Positions 49,680-63,466 are shown, counted from the first letter of the stretch. The stretch: 64,000 nucleotides of DNA from Octopus sinensis (GCF_006345805.1 NC_042998.1:42966001-43030000); one strand, 5' to 3'. A program made the numbers and translations. Notes: generated by a model not told the origin, from the letters alone.

Positions 49680-49883
49680 TTACTGTTTTACTTATTTCAG
49701 TCAGTTAACTGTGGCCATGCTGGAATACTGCCTTGAAGGATTTTAGTTGAACAAATCGATCCCAGGACTTATTTTTTTAAGCCTAGTACTTATTCTATTG
49801 GTCTCTTTTGCTGAACTGATAAAGTATGGCGATGTAAACCCACCAAAACTGATTGTGACTGGTAGTGGGTGAAGACAAATGCA

Positions 49884-49930
<47 letters not shown>

Positions 49931-49950
49931 GTCAGGGTTCTTTTAGTTTT
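49680..49950 (-). mobile_element. CORE-like SINE, 3' half
   Basis: Family motifs plus (CA)n. Confidence 0.75.
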
Positions 49951-51346
49951 TGTCTATGCATGTGAGTATTCGTGTGTACTCTTGTCTTGACGTTGTGATG
50001 ATTGCAAATGAGCATCATTTGCATATTCTCAACATTATTCATTTCCTGGCTTCCTTGAAAAACAGGCCTGGCAATGAGGAAATATTACCTTACTTGGAAG
50101 GGTATCTGGCCATAGAAAATCTGCTTCAAAATTTCTGTCTGACCTATGCAAACATGAAAAAGTGTATGTTAAAACAACGATGATAATACCAGTACGAAGC
50201 CCTGAAAAATAATGTTATCCACAGCTTTATACCCCAGTTTGGCAATTCTGTTTGTATAGCATAGAAAAAGCAAAATCTGATGTTTGTTGCTATCTCTTTA
50301 TCTGAGAGAGAGAGAGGACGGAAATAATTTACAAACCAATAAAAACAATTTTTCTCTCCCTGTCTCAGATGAAAGAACAGCCTGGAAATGTCACATCACT
50401 TTACTTTCCAAAGCATGCAAACATCCATATTCATAATACTTCTGCTGATAGATTGTGAGTTAAAAATCTACTGCAATCACTCTGTTCTTTCTATATTGTC
50501 ATAATAGTCATCATTTGCTTAGCACCAGGTCAATCATATCTGTAATCAAATGTATTCCATCTATTACCATTCTGTTTGGGTTTTTTTTATCAATCTTTTT
50601 TAAACAATCAATTTAAGACCTCATATAATGTATCCCCTCTGGCATAGAGTAATTTAGAACTACATCATACAATGTGTTTTAACTCCTTATTTTTAACCAT
50701 TTGTTATTCTACCCTCACACACTCTCCCTTCTCCTGACCCTCTGCCTGTGTTCTCTCTTATGCTCACTTTCCTGTACCCTGGGAGTTCACTCTAGAACTC
50801 TATCAGTATCATCTTTATCTCTTTTCCAACTACTCCCACCCACTCCTATACAATGACTGAAAGCCATGTGTCTCCTCTATAGCAAGACACCTATGTTTGT
50901 CCCTCTATCATACTTTAGCCTTTTACCATGCTTTAGCCTTTTATCACTTGGCATAAAGCCATCCCACTACAGCCAGAATACTCCCACTCCTACTCCCAAC
51001 ACTTCATTGTGAGAGCTTTTACCTTCTTCCTTATTCTTTTTCTGTCTTTCAAGTTACTTGACAATTTCACAAGTGCCAGAAGAGCAAATAAAGCACCCAG
51101 TACACAATGTAAAATTGTTAGCATTAGGAAGGATGAGTAATAGTAAGAGCCTAGGGTTGTGAGAGAGAGAGAGAGTCAGAGAGTGGTAATTCAGGGCTAC
51201 TTCACATTGCATATGGGTGGATGGGGCAGATGCAAGGTGCCTGAAAGAGAGATAAAGAGGTAGCATGTCCAAAAACCTCCTGAATAAGAGAGAGAGCATG
51301 GTGATAGAAAAACCAGGAAAGATGAGTAAAGGCTAAAAGAGTGAAG

Positions 51347-51377
<31 letters not shown>

Positions 51378-52519
51378 TAAGTAATGGATAGAAATCATGA
51401 GTGTAAGTGCTCAGAAGTAAATAGGGGATGAAGTTTGTCAGCAGTGAACAGGAGGGGTAGTTGACACTAAATGTAAATAGATGTTGAGGCAGGGAGTTAT
51501 GGTAAGAAGGAAGGGTGAATATCAAGTGACTCAGTGAGTAGTTCAGAAAGTATGATGATATATAAGAGAAATAAAGAATAGCACAAGTTTATATTGTATG
51601 TTGGTTTCACCATTATAGTTGTTTGGAACCCTGCAATAAATGTTCCAAGTAAATTTTGACACTCAATCACAATAGATCATCAGGTTCTTTTCTGTTGTTC
51701 TTTTGCCTTATTCAGTCACTGGACTGTGGTCAGGCCAAAGCGCTGACCTGAAGGGCTTAGTCAATCAGAATGACCCCAGTACTTATTTTTAAGTTTAGTA
51801 TTGGTTTTTTGCTGACCACTATTTTTTTCTTTTTTTGGAAGGGTGACATAAACAAGTGAGTACCAGTTAACAAGTGGTAGCATATGAACATGAATACTTA
51901 CACACACAAATATAATGGTGATGATGATCATCATTTATAAAGTCAATTTTTTTCCATGCTTCCATGGCATAGGTCAGATGAAATTTGCTAAAGTAGATTT
52001 TCTACAACCAGATGCTCTTCCTGTCAACAACTCTCACTTATTTTGATGTAACCTACTATTTCACCACCTAATCCCTTGAACACAACCAACACAAAGAAGT
52101 GGACACGCCTTCATGGAGGATTGCAAAATGAATGACACCACTTGTACGACAATGATGTTTGTTTTACACATACATAAATTTATCTAGGTTTGGCTTCCTT
52201 TCTCTTACTGTATACCAAATTCATTCACTAGGTTTTGGAGCTGTAGTATAACATACCTGCCCTAGGTGCCATGCTGTAGGACTACACAGCAATTTATGTC
52301 ATCTTGTTTCAGTCTTTGGAGCTCCACCTTGAAGGGTTTCAGTCAAAGAAATTGACCTCAGTAGTTATTTTAAGCTTGGTACTTATTCTATTGGTTTCTT
52401 TTTTGCCAAATCACCAAGTTATGGAGATGTAAACAAACCAACACCAATTGTCAAGCCATGATAGGGGGTCAGATATGAATACAAAGGCATACAAATGTAT
52501 GTGTGTGTGTATATATATA

Positions 52520-53205
52520 TATCATCATCATCATCGTTTAACGTCCGCTTTCCATGCTAGCATGGGTTGGACGATTTGACTGAGGTCTGGCAAACCAGAC
52601 TCCAATCTGATCTGGCAGAGTTTCTACAGCTGGATGCCCTTCCTAATGCCAACCACTCTGAGAGTGTATATATATTTATATATACTATTATTAATAGCAT
52701 TCTAGACAAAATGCTTAGCAGTATTTCGTCTGCCATTAGGTTTTGAGTTTGAATTCTGCCAAGGTTGGCTCTGCAACAGTTATGTACTGGGGTCAATGTA
52801 ATCGACTTAATACCTTCCCCCAAAATTTGAGGTCTTGTGTTTCCAGTAGAAAGGATTATTATTATTCAGTAGTCTTATTTTTATCACGTGCTTTCACTTC
52901 ACTACTGAGTGCAGCTCTGTGTGCCTTGATTATGTGCTGTGGTTTGTTGTGGTGCTCTTATTGTTACTGTATTGAAAGTGTTTTACGTAGGATGTGTTTG
53001 GTGCCTAGTAGTGCTATTTTCTGATTATTATTATTATCATTATTATTATTAATAGCACACTGAGCAAAATGCTTAGCAGCATTTTGCCTGCCTTTACATT
53101 CTGAGTTCAAATTCCACCGAGGTTGCCTTTGCTCTCCATCCTTTTGGGGTCGATAAATTAAGTACCAGTGAAACACTGGGGTCGATGTAATCAACAAGTC
53201 CTTTC
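52520..53205. mobile_element. Cluster: RTE 3' tail (52520-52665, minus) and two decayed Meta-like SINEs (about 52700-52855 and 53050-53205, plus)
   Basis: Family motifs as in other copies. Confidence 0.75.
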
Positions 53206-53215
53206 CCATTATTAG

Positions 53216-53346
53216 TATTATTAATAATAAAGCGTATGGAGACTTGTATATTCACAAAATTTATTTTATAGTTATATACAGCATATATAGCTATAAAATA
53301 AATTTTGTGGATGTACAAGACTCTATACTCTTTATCATTAATAATA
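53216..53346. repeat. 131-bp hairpin-forming palindrome (MITE or hairpin RNA)
   Basis: Arms of about 65 bp with 7 differences and almost no loop. Confidence 0.8.
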
Positions 53347-53539
53347 TATACTCCAGACAATTTTTACTGTCCTGCAAAACATACATAGAATTGCCCATCA
53401 GAAGAATTCATGGAGTTACTGGCAAGAAATTGTAGTCACAGATGTTAAATATGTATATGTATAGTAATGATTAACTGTTAACAGGAATTTAACTGAGAGC
53501 TCATACAGTTCCCACCTGGATAATATATCCCTCCAAACT

Positions 53540-53596
<57 letters not shown>

Positions 53597-53674
53597 GTGC
53601 AGGTAAGTATGTAGATGCAAAAAAAGTTGGGAAAAATAATATTTGAATACTAATGGTATTTACTGTTTATCAAT

Positions 53675-53813
53675 GCTGAAAAAATCTTCAGAAGCTGTTA
53701 CTCAGAGTGTCATGTGACTGTTCATCTGACAGTTGTGATGTTATCGCAACTGCCTGACAAAAGGAGTCATGAGAAGCTCTGAGTAACTATTTGTGAAGAT
53801 TTTTTTTTTCAGC
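53675..53813. repeat. Imperfect palindrome
   Basis: GCTGAAAAAATCTTCA..GTTACTCAGAG pairs with CTCTGAGTAAC..TGAAGATTTTTTTTTTCAGC. Centre is CAGTTGTGAT/ATCGCAACTG. Confidence 0.75.
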
Positions 53814-53867
53814 TTGCTTTAATAAATAGTATATATTACATACATACATATATATAATATATATATA

Positions 53868-53910
<43 letters not shown>

Positions 53911-54227
53911 ATATAAGCTTCATTCAGTTTCCATCTACTAAATCCACTCAACTCTCAAAGCTTTGCTTACCCAGGTCTACAGTGGAAGACACTTGCCCAA
54001 GGTGCCATACAATGGGACTAAACCCAAGATCACATGCTCTTTACTACACAGCCAAATGTACATAACACTCCATTAATTATCTAAACTACCTTTTTTTAAA
54101 AAAATTCATCTTTATCTTTTACATTAAAAAAAAAAACTTTAATGAGATTTTATTAAAATTTGTTATTAAAAATTGATGTTTTAATTCCCTGATTAAACAA
54201 TTGATGAAACTACTTATTCTCTTTTAG

Positions 54228-54285
54228 CACTCAGATGGAAATGAGCCATCAGGCTTGTCTAGCTCCAAGTTGGAAAATTCTATAG
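54228..54285 (+). CDS. Putative internal coding exon of the gene starting at 44581 (HSDGNEPSGLSSSKLENSI)
   Basis: Acceptor TTATTCTCTTTTAG|, open in phase 0 and so compatible with the exon-1 donor; donor TAG|GTAAAT. It is a GC-richer island in AT-rich flanks. Confidence 0.6.
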
Positions 54286-54961
54286 GTAAATATTATTTTT
54301 TCTATAAGTTTTTTTTTATTGATTGATGTTTTCAACTATAGAATATTGGCTTACTTGCTTGTTATTTAGTTAAGCTGAAATGGTCTTTGAACACTTAAAA
54401 CGTCTGTGTTGTATTGTATTCCTGTCTATTATGTATATGATTCAGTTTTTAATAAATATACTTTCTATGGATTATTTAACTCTCAGCAGCAATTTTATGC
54501 TCTGAATGGGCTGGCAGGTTAATTGGCAATAAAATCATTGATGATTTAGTTTAAATGCAGAAGATGTATGAAAGCTGGATGTAAATAAGGCAGGCTTGCT
54601 TTGATGGATGTATAATGTTAACATGCATGAATGACAGCACACTAATGAGCTGGTGAGAAAAATGGGTATAAGAGGAATCAGAAAATAATATGTAAGGGGA
54701 AAGACAGTGCTGATATGAACACATGGTATGTATTAAGGAAAAACAGTTGGGTAAAGTAGTGCCAGGCAATCCAAGTGAAAGGGGTCTGCAGAAAAGATAC
54801 AGGAAAAAGTGGTGAAGGCTGATCACAGAATACTGTGCCTAATAAAGGTGATAAATTCTGTAACAAGAGGTGGGGGCTGGAAAAGACATATGCAAATATG
54901 AAAAAAATGGATATGCAAAGTGGTAATTAATAGAAAGAAACAAGCTCGTAGATATGTCTTG

Positions 54962-55199
54962 ATATATGTATGTTTATATGCCTATATATATATGTTTTTA
55001 TATGTTTATGTATATATGTTTATATATATATAATGTATATATATATGTATATATGTATGTATGTATATATATATGTATATATGTATGTATGTATGTATGT
55101 ATATATATATATATGTATGTATGTATGTATATATATATATATATGTATGTATGTATGTATATGTATGTATGTATGTATGTATATGTATGTATGTATATG

Positions 55200-55298
<99 letters not shown>

Positions 55299-55449
55299 GT
55301 ATGTGTATGTATGTATGTATGTATATGTATGTATATATGTATGTGTATGTATATATGTGTATGTATGTATATATGTGTATGTATGTATATATGTGTATGT
55401 ATGTATGTATGTATATGTATGTATGTATGTATATGTATGTATGTATATG

Positions 55450-55480
<31 letters not shown>

Positions 55481-55636
55481 GTAATGTATGTATATATAAT
55501 GTATGTTATGTATGTATGTATATGTATGTATGTATATATGTATGTATGTATATGTATGTATGTATATATATGTATGTATATGTGTATGTATGTATAATAT
55601 TGTATGTATATATATGTATGTATGTATAAATGTATG

Positions 55637-55673
<37 letters not shown>

Positions 55674-56802
55674 TATGTATTATATATATGTATGTATATG
55701 TATGTATATATATGTATGTAATGTATGTATGTATATGTATGTATGTATGTATGTATATGTATGTATGTATGTATATGTATTATGTATGTATATTTATTAT
55801 GTATATTATGTATGTATGTATATGTATGTATGTATAAATGTATGTTATGTATGTATATATAATATATATATGTATGTATATGTATGTATGTAGTATGTAT
55901 ATGTATGTATGTATATATATATATATATGTATGTATATATTAGTATGTAGATGTATGTAGTATGTATATGTTAATGTATGTATAATATATGTATGTCTGT
56001 ATATATATCTGTATGTATGTATATATATATATATGTATGTATGTATATATATATAGTATAGGTATGTATGTATAAATGTATAGGTATGTATATATATAAG
56101 TATGTATGTGTATTGTATTATATGTATGTATATGTATTATGTATGTATATATGTATAGTGTATGTGTATGTATGTATGTAATGTATGTATATATAGTATA
56201 TTAATATGTATGTATGTATGTAATATGTAGTATGTATGTATGTATTATATATATATATTATGTATGTATGTATATGTATGTATATATATATATATGTATG
56301 TATGTATGATATGTATGTATATATATATATGTATGTATGTATGTATATGTTGTATAATATCTATATGTAATGTATGTATATGTATTTACATATATATATG
56401 TATGTATGTATATGTATGTATGTATATGTATATGTATAATGTAGTATGTATATATTATATATATGTATGTATGTATATGTATGTATGTATATATATATAT
56501 ATATGTATTATGTATTGTGATGTATGTATGTATTGTATGTATGTGTAATGTATGTATGTATATGTATGTTGTATGTATTATATATGTATGTGTATATATG
56601 TATGTATTGTGTATATATGTATTTCATATATGTATTCTATTGTGTATATATGTATGTATATATATTTTATGTGTATATATGTATGTATATATATGTATTT
56701 GTATATATGTTATGTCTATATATTTATATGTGTATATTGTATGTATATATGTTGTATGTGTATATATGTATGTATATATATGTATATTGTCTATATGTAT
56801 GT

Positions 56803-56833
<31 letters not shown>

Positions 56834-56851
56834 TATGTATGTATATATATG

Positions 56852-56886
<35 letters not shown>

Positions 56887-57199
56887 GTATGTATGTATGG
56901 TATGTATGTATGTATGTATATGTATGTATGTATGTATATGTATGTATGTATGTATAGTATGTATGTATATGTATTATGTATGTATATGTAATGTATTTTA
57001 TGTTGTATGTATTATATATATATATATATGTATGTATATGTATGTATGTAGTATGTATATTATGTATGTATATATATATATATGTATGTATATGTATGTA
57101 TGGTGTAGATGTATATGTATGTAGTATGTATATTATGTATTAATATATATGTATGTATGTATATATATATGTATGTATGTAATATATATAGTATGTATG

Positions 57200-57230
<31 letters not shown>

Positions 57231-58570
57231 GTATATATATATATAGTATATATGTATGTTTATGATAATATGTATGTATGTATGTATATGTATGTATATA
57301 TATATATATTTTTATGTATGTATATGTATGTATGTATGTATATGTATGTATAATTAATATGTATGTATGTATGTATATGTATGTATGTATGTATATGTAT
57401 ATATATATATATATGTATGTATGTTATGTATATGTATGTATATATATATATATATGTATGTATGTATATGTAGTATATATATATATATATGTATGTATGT
57501 ATGTATATGTATGTATATATATTATGTATGTATGTATGTAGTATGTATACATATATATATGTATGTATGTATATGTATGTATGTATATGTATATGTATGT
57601 ATGTATATGTATGTATATATATATATATATGTATGTATGTATATGTATGTATGTATATTATATATATATGTATGTATGTATATGTATGTATGTATGTATA
57701 TGTATGTATGTGTATATGTATGGTATATGTATGTATGATTGTTATATATGTATGTGTATATATGTATGTATATGTGTATATATGTATGTATATATGTAGT
57801 ATATGTGTATATATGTAGTATATATATTTATGTGTGTATGTATGTATATATATGTATGTGTATATATGTATGTAATATATGTATATGTGTATATATGTAT
57901 GTATATATATGTATATGTGTATATATGTATGTATATATATGTATATGTGTATATATGTATGTATATATATGTATATGTGTATATATGTATGTATATATAT
58001 GTATATGTGTATATATGTATGTATATATATGTATATGTGTATATATGTATGTATATATGTATGTATGTGTATATATGTATGTATGTGTATATATGTATGT
58101 ATATATGTATGTATGTATATATATGTATATGTGTATATATATATGTATATATATGTATATGTGTATATATATATGTATATATATGTATATGTGTATATAT
58201 ATATGTATATATATGTATATGTGTATATATGTATATGTGTATATATATATGTATATATATGTATATGTGTATATATATATGTGTGTATATATATATGTAT
58301 GTATATATATGTATATGTGTATATATATATGTATGTATATATATGTATATGTGTATATATATATGTATGTGTATATATATATGTATGTGTATATATATAT
58401 GTATGTATATATATGCATGTATGTATATGTATGTATGTATATATATATATATGTAAATAATATATAATAAATATATGCATATATGCATACATATATGTAC
58501 ATACCTATATATATATATATGTGTGTATGTGTGTGTGTGTGTGTGAGTGTGTGTGTGTGTATGCATATAT
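54962..58570. repeat. 3.6-kb compound (TATG)/(TA)/(TG) microsatellite
   Basis: Direct observation. It includes a 30-bp unit GTATATATATGTATATGTGTATATATGTAT repeated about 5 times at 57871-58050. Confidence 0.97.
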
Positions 58571-59204
58571 AGGTGCGGGACATCAACAAAATGAGAAACA
58601 AGAATATAAAAAACAAAAATATAGAAAATAAACTTTTTTCGAAGAATGAAAGAAACAAATAGAGAAACGAGACAGGCAACATAAAGAACATTCCCTTCAT
58701 CAGTTGTCCCCTGTTTTATCTACTCCACGTTTTGAAGATAGGGACAAGAGACAGCTTTGTTAAAACAGCCCTTTCTGCAAAGCAAATTAAATAAAATTTG
58801 GGATTTTTTGCAGAGCGTTAAGTGGTAACAAAAACAGGGCAGTAAGATCAAAATAGTAAAACCAAACAGTGAGGACTGTTAAGCCAAGACGATGTGAAGT
58901 GGTGAACAATGAAAAAACGAGCTTTGAGAAGAGACAGGCAAAAGCACGTCTTGTATTTAGGAAGAAAGTGGAAGAAAGGAAGATGGATAGCTGTTGGTCA
59001 TGGGTGAGCAATGAGAGAGTCAATGAGGAAGAGAGAGAGGGAGCAGTGAAGAGGAAAGGAGAAGAATAGTGAACGGGTGGGAGAGAAAAACAGAAAGGGA
59101 GAAGAACAAGAGAGGGAGATACATAGAAAGAATAGAGAAGGATAGAGAGTGCACCGGAATTATCAATATAAAACTTACTTGAAAGTGATTGTGTGACGTT
59201 CAAT

Positions 59205-59247
59205 CATATATAAAATTATATAAGTATATGCATACATATATGTACAT

Positions 59248-59286
<39 letters not shown>

Positions 59287-59491
59287 TTATATAATATACA
59301 CACACACATATATATATAATATATATATTATATATACACACACTATATATATATATATATATATATAATATACACACACACACACATATATATATATATA
59401 ATATATATATATATACACACACATAATATATATATATATTATATATATATATATAACCAACACATATATATATATATGATATATAATATAT

Positions 59492-59536
<45 letters not shown>

Positions 59537-60376
59537 TGTATATATAGTATTTACACACACACACATATATATAAATATGTATACACATGCATACATGCAC
59601 ACATGCATACATACACAAACACCCACTTAAACCCATGTGCACACATAAACATACACATGCACACACACATATGCACACACGCATGCACACACACATATAC
59701 ACACGTACACACATACATGCACACACGCATGCACACACACATATACACACGTACACACATACATACACACACTTGCACGTGTATGCACACATACGTCCAA
59801 CACACAAAACACACTCATGCAGACATGCACACAATTACACACACATGGGCATAAGCATGCATGCATGTAAGCACGCATGCACATACACACAGGAATGTAC
59901 ATATAACCCTACACACAACCCTCCCAACACGCAAACATTAACTCATAAACTCACATATACTTATACGTAAATATACAAAATATATGCATACACACATACA
60001 CATATAGATGCACATACACAGACACACATGCATGTGCACACATGCACATATGCACACAAATGCACACATGCACACAAATGCACTCATACCTCACACTCAC
60101 TACCCTGCACATACATGTATACACACCTGCATACACACACACAAAATACACATACATACACGCACATACATACACACTTGTACACACACATACACTCACA
60201 CACATACACATGTTCATACATAAATGGACCCACACATACCTCCCATTCACACACAGCACACATACATATACACACACAATTATACATACATGGACACACA
60301 CACATGCACATACACACATGCATGCACACACATGCACACATATACACACACACACGCACTCTCTCTCTCTCTCTCA
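59205..60376. repeat. (TA)n and degenerate (CA)-rich microsatellite
   Basis: Direct observation. Confidence 0.95.
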
Positions 60377-60962
60377 CAAAGCAATGATAAAAAGAAATCC
60401 AGACAAATTTTTGAGAAGTGACATTTTGCCCCCCTTGAAGTGGCCAGCTGGATTTGCCATTTCTAAAAACAAGAATCATTTACTATTGAAAGACTGACCA
60501 GTTGCAAAAATGTAAATGCATTTTTTTCTTCTTTTTTTTCTAATTTATATATAGTTTTTTCTAATTTATATATATTATATTTGTGAAATTTGATTTAGTA
60601 TTTCTAAATTGAAATTTTCCCTGTAAGTTTGGAATAATATTCCCTCATATTATAATTATTATTATTAATTATATTATTATATTATTATTATTATATTATA
60701 TTTATAACTCACGTTTCTGAGAGTTTATCCTCGTTTTCGTCGGTTATGGAATAATATGATGGAATATTATTCCAAACTTACAGGGAAAAATTCAATATAT
60801 ATATAATTTAGAAAAAAACCCCACCTTTTATCAATTCAATAATGAAAATTAAAATAAAAATATAAATTAAAAAATAAAAATAAAAGAATAAAAATAAAAA
60901 TATAAATAAGATAAAATTTAATTCAATTAATGAAGATAGTAAATTTAATAATATTACAAAAA

Positions 60963-60993
<31 letters not shown>

Positions 60994-61011
60994 AATAATA
61001 TAAAAAGATAA

Positions 61012-61700
61012 AAAGAAAATATGGTTAATTGTTCCTTTTGGGGGTGCAGGTTAAAACAAATCTTATTAAAGAGATTTTAAATATTATTGAAATATTCATT
61101 AGGGATGATAAAAAAATATAACATTTTTTTTCTAATGATAATTTTGGAGTTGGGTATTCAACTACTAGTAATGTTGGTAATATTATTTCTTCATTTAATA
61201 CATTTAAATTAAATAAATTCTACAAAAATAGATTAAATATTGATTCCAATAATAATAATAGAGACCAAGATATAATTTATTGTACATGTAGGGATAAGAA
61301 TACATGTGAATTTAATAATAATTGTAATTTAGATAATGTAGTCTATAAGAATTTGAATTACCATAATTTAAACACTATTTATATAGGGTCCACTTCGAAT
61401 AAAATTAAATCAAGAGTAGCACAACATATGTATTCTTTTAGGAATAAAAATCTAATAAATTCAACAGGTCTCAGTAAATATATTTGGGACCTTAAATCTA
61501 GATCTATTAAATATAAATTAAGTTGGGAGATTATTTGTAGGGCTAAATCATATTCTATAGGAAGAAATTATTGTTCACTGTATAATAATGAATTCAAAGA
61601 AATATTATTTAATAACAATTATGTGTTGGTAAACTCATTAGAGGAACGTAAAATTAAATGTAAACATAAATTAAATTACCTATATAATAGGTTTAGCTAA
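61012..61700 (+). pseudogene. Penelope-like C-terminal linker plus GIY-YIG endonuclease
   Basis: RKIWLIVPF and VQVKTNLIKEILNII (frameshifted), then open from about 61122: GVGYSTTSNVGNIISSFN...CTCRDKNTCEFNNNCNLDNVVYK...IYIGSTSNKIKSRVAQH...STGLSKYIWDLK...WEII...CSLYNNE. Confidence 0.88.
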
Positions 61701-62595
61701 TAAATAAATGATTATATAAATTTATTAAGATATATTAATTATAGAAATATTAATTAATTTAAATATAATATATATATTTTACTTATTTATTATTTGGACT
61801 TTAAACTTATAGTAAATAGTCATTTGAAATTAAATGCTAACATAAATTTATTTACCTATATAATACGTTTAGCTTATTTTTCCTTATGTATAAAACCTTA
61901 TTTCTTTTTATGTTATTTATTTATTGTAGATATCATTTAGTAGCATTAGTGTATAATTTACTATATTATTATATGTTATATTAATATATTTGAATAATTT
62001 TAAACTAAGATATTTCCTAATACATAAATGATTATATATAATTTTATTAAGACCTATTAGTTATAGTAATATAAATTAATTTAATATTATATGTATATTT
62101 TATGTAATAATTATTTGGAAATAAATTTATAGTAAATAGTCATTTATAGCTCTTTTGTTATTTTATTTTTCTTTAATTCATGAAACTTAAATATTTTTCG
62201 TCTTTTTCATTAATAAATATTTTTCGTCATTTTTATTGATAATTTTATTCTATTTTTTTCCACAACATCTTCACAGGTTTAATTTCTTATAAACGTTAAG
62301 ACCTACATTTTTAAGTTTAAAATTCAGTTATATTAATTTCATTGACAAGCTAAGTAACGTTTTATATTTAACAATATTATTTAACTCTTAAACTGTATTA
62401 AGTTTGATTATTATTATGATTATTATTGTTGTTAAAATATTAATTTATATATAATTTCTTGATAATTATTAGTTACGATATATATATCTATATATTTATT
62501 ATGTTTTATGTTTTATGATAATTATCATTAATTTTATAATGCGATTTAACGAATTATATATAATTTAATTTGAGAATTAGTTTTGTGAGACAATA

Positions 62596-62655
62596 TATTA
62601 TTTCATAGTTGGTTGGTCTATTAATAAATAGACCAACCAACTATTAAATAATATT
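62596..62655. repeat. Perfect hairpin
   Basis: ATAGTTGGTTGGTCTATT / AATAGACCAACCAACTAT, an 18-bp stem with a short loop and imperfect extension. Confidence 0.9.
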
Positions 62656-63148
62656 ACATTCATGTAAATTAGTTTAATATTACATTTATGTAAATTAGTT
62701 TAATATTAATTGATATTTTGGTCAACTATATAATTGAGTAAAATATTAAATCTATATATTCTACATATATATTAATAATATAGTTAGTTTATCTAATAGG
62801 AGTGTATATATTTAAACCTTTTCCTATCATTAATTCTAATATTTATAGCTTGTACTAACATTATGTATATTACTTAACATTAAGGTGCTTACTATATATT
62901 ACTTAATGAATATAAGATTTTATTTAGAAGTTTATTAAATAAATAAATTAATTAATAATTTAATTTAATGTATATTTGGTATTTTATTTATATATATATA
63001 TTTGTTTTAAATATTTTAATTAATTGTATCTTATTTTTATTCTATTTTTTTTATTTAAACAAGAATATATTAAGATATTTCGTATTTTATAAGATCATTT
63101 ACATATATTTATTAATTTATCTAATTAACTATTTTATTGTTTTCAACT

Positions 63149-63245
63149 TTAACCTGAAGAGTAGCTATATTTATATTGAAGTGATTTTACTATTAATATT
63201 ACTATTATCATTTCTTCAATATAGCCATGGAACATGTGTCGTTAT
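63149..63245 (+). ncRNA. Candidate Penelope-type hammerhead ribozyme with long stem II and one core substitution
   Basis: TAAC-CTGAAGA (63154-63160); stem II GCTATAT..ATTGAAG / CTTCAATATAGC; GGAAC in place of GAAAC; palindromic ACATGT; GTC triplet ending at 63240; GTTA closes stem I. Confidence 0.7.
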
Positions 63246-63392
63246 TCTACCAAATATATACGTTTTATTTACTATTTTGCATATTACTTAATCATTGTAA
63301 TATGTTTTATCTTATATTTAATCTTTCTATAATATGTAATTTTTCTAAATGGTATAATTTAATTTTTCATTATTGAATTGATAAAAGGTGTT

Positions 63393-63466
<74 letters not shown>

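Noticed and set aside
54966-60497. Dozens of long ORFs (up to 410 aa) rich in Y/I/M/C/V/H/T
   Set aside because: They are translations of (TA)/(TATG)/(CA) microsatellites, which lack stop codons. The same applies to the ORFs at 8.5-9.8, 17.4-18.4, 33.4-34 and 63.4-63.8 kb.
60704-60750. Minus-strand hammerhead-like CCGACGA...GAAAC between the inverted terminal repeats
   Set aside because: The core is altered, stem II is weak, and the cleavage triplet and stem I do not register together. At best it is a relic.
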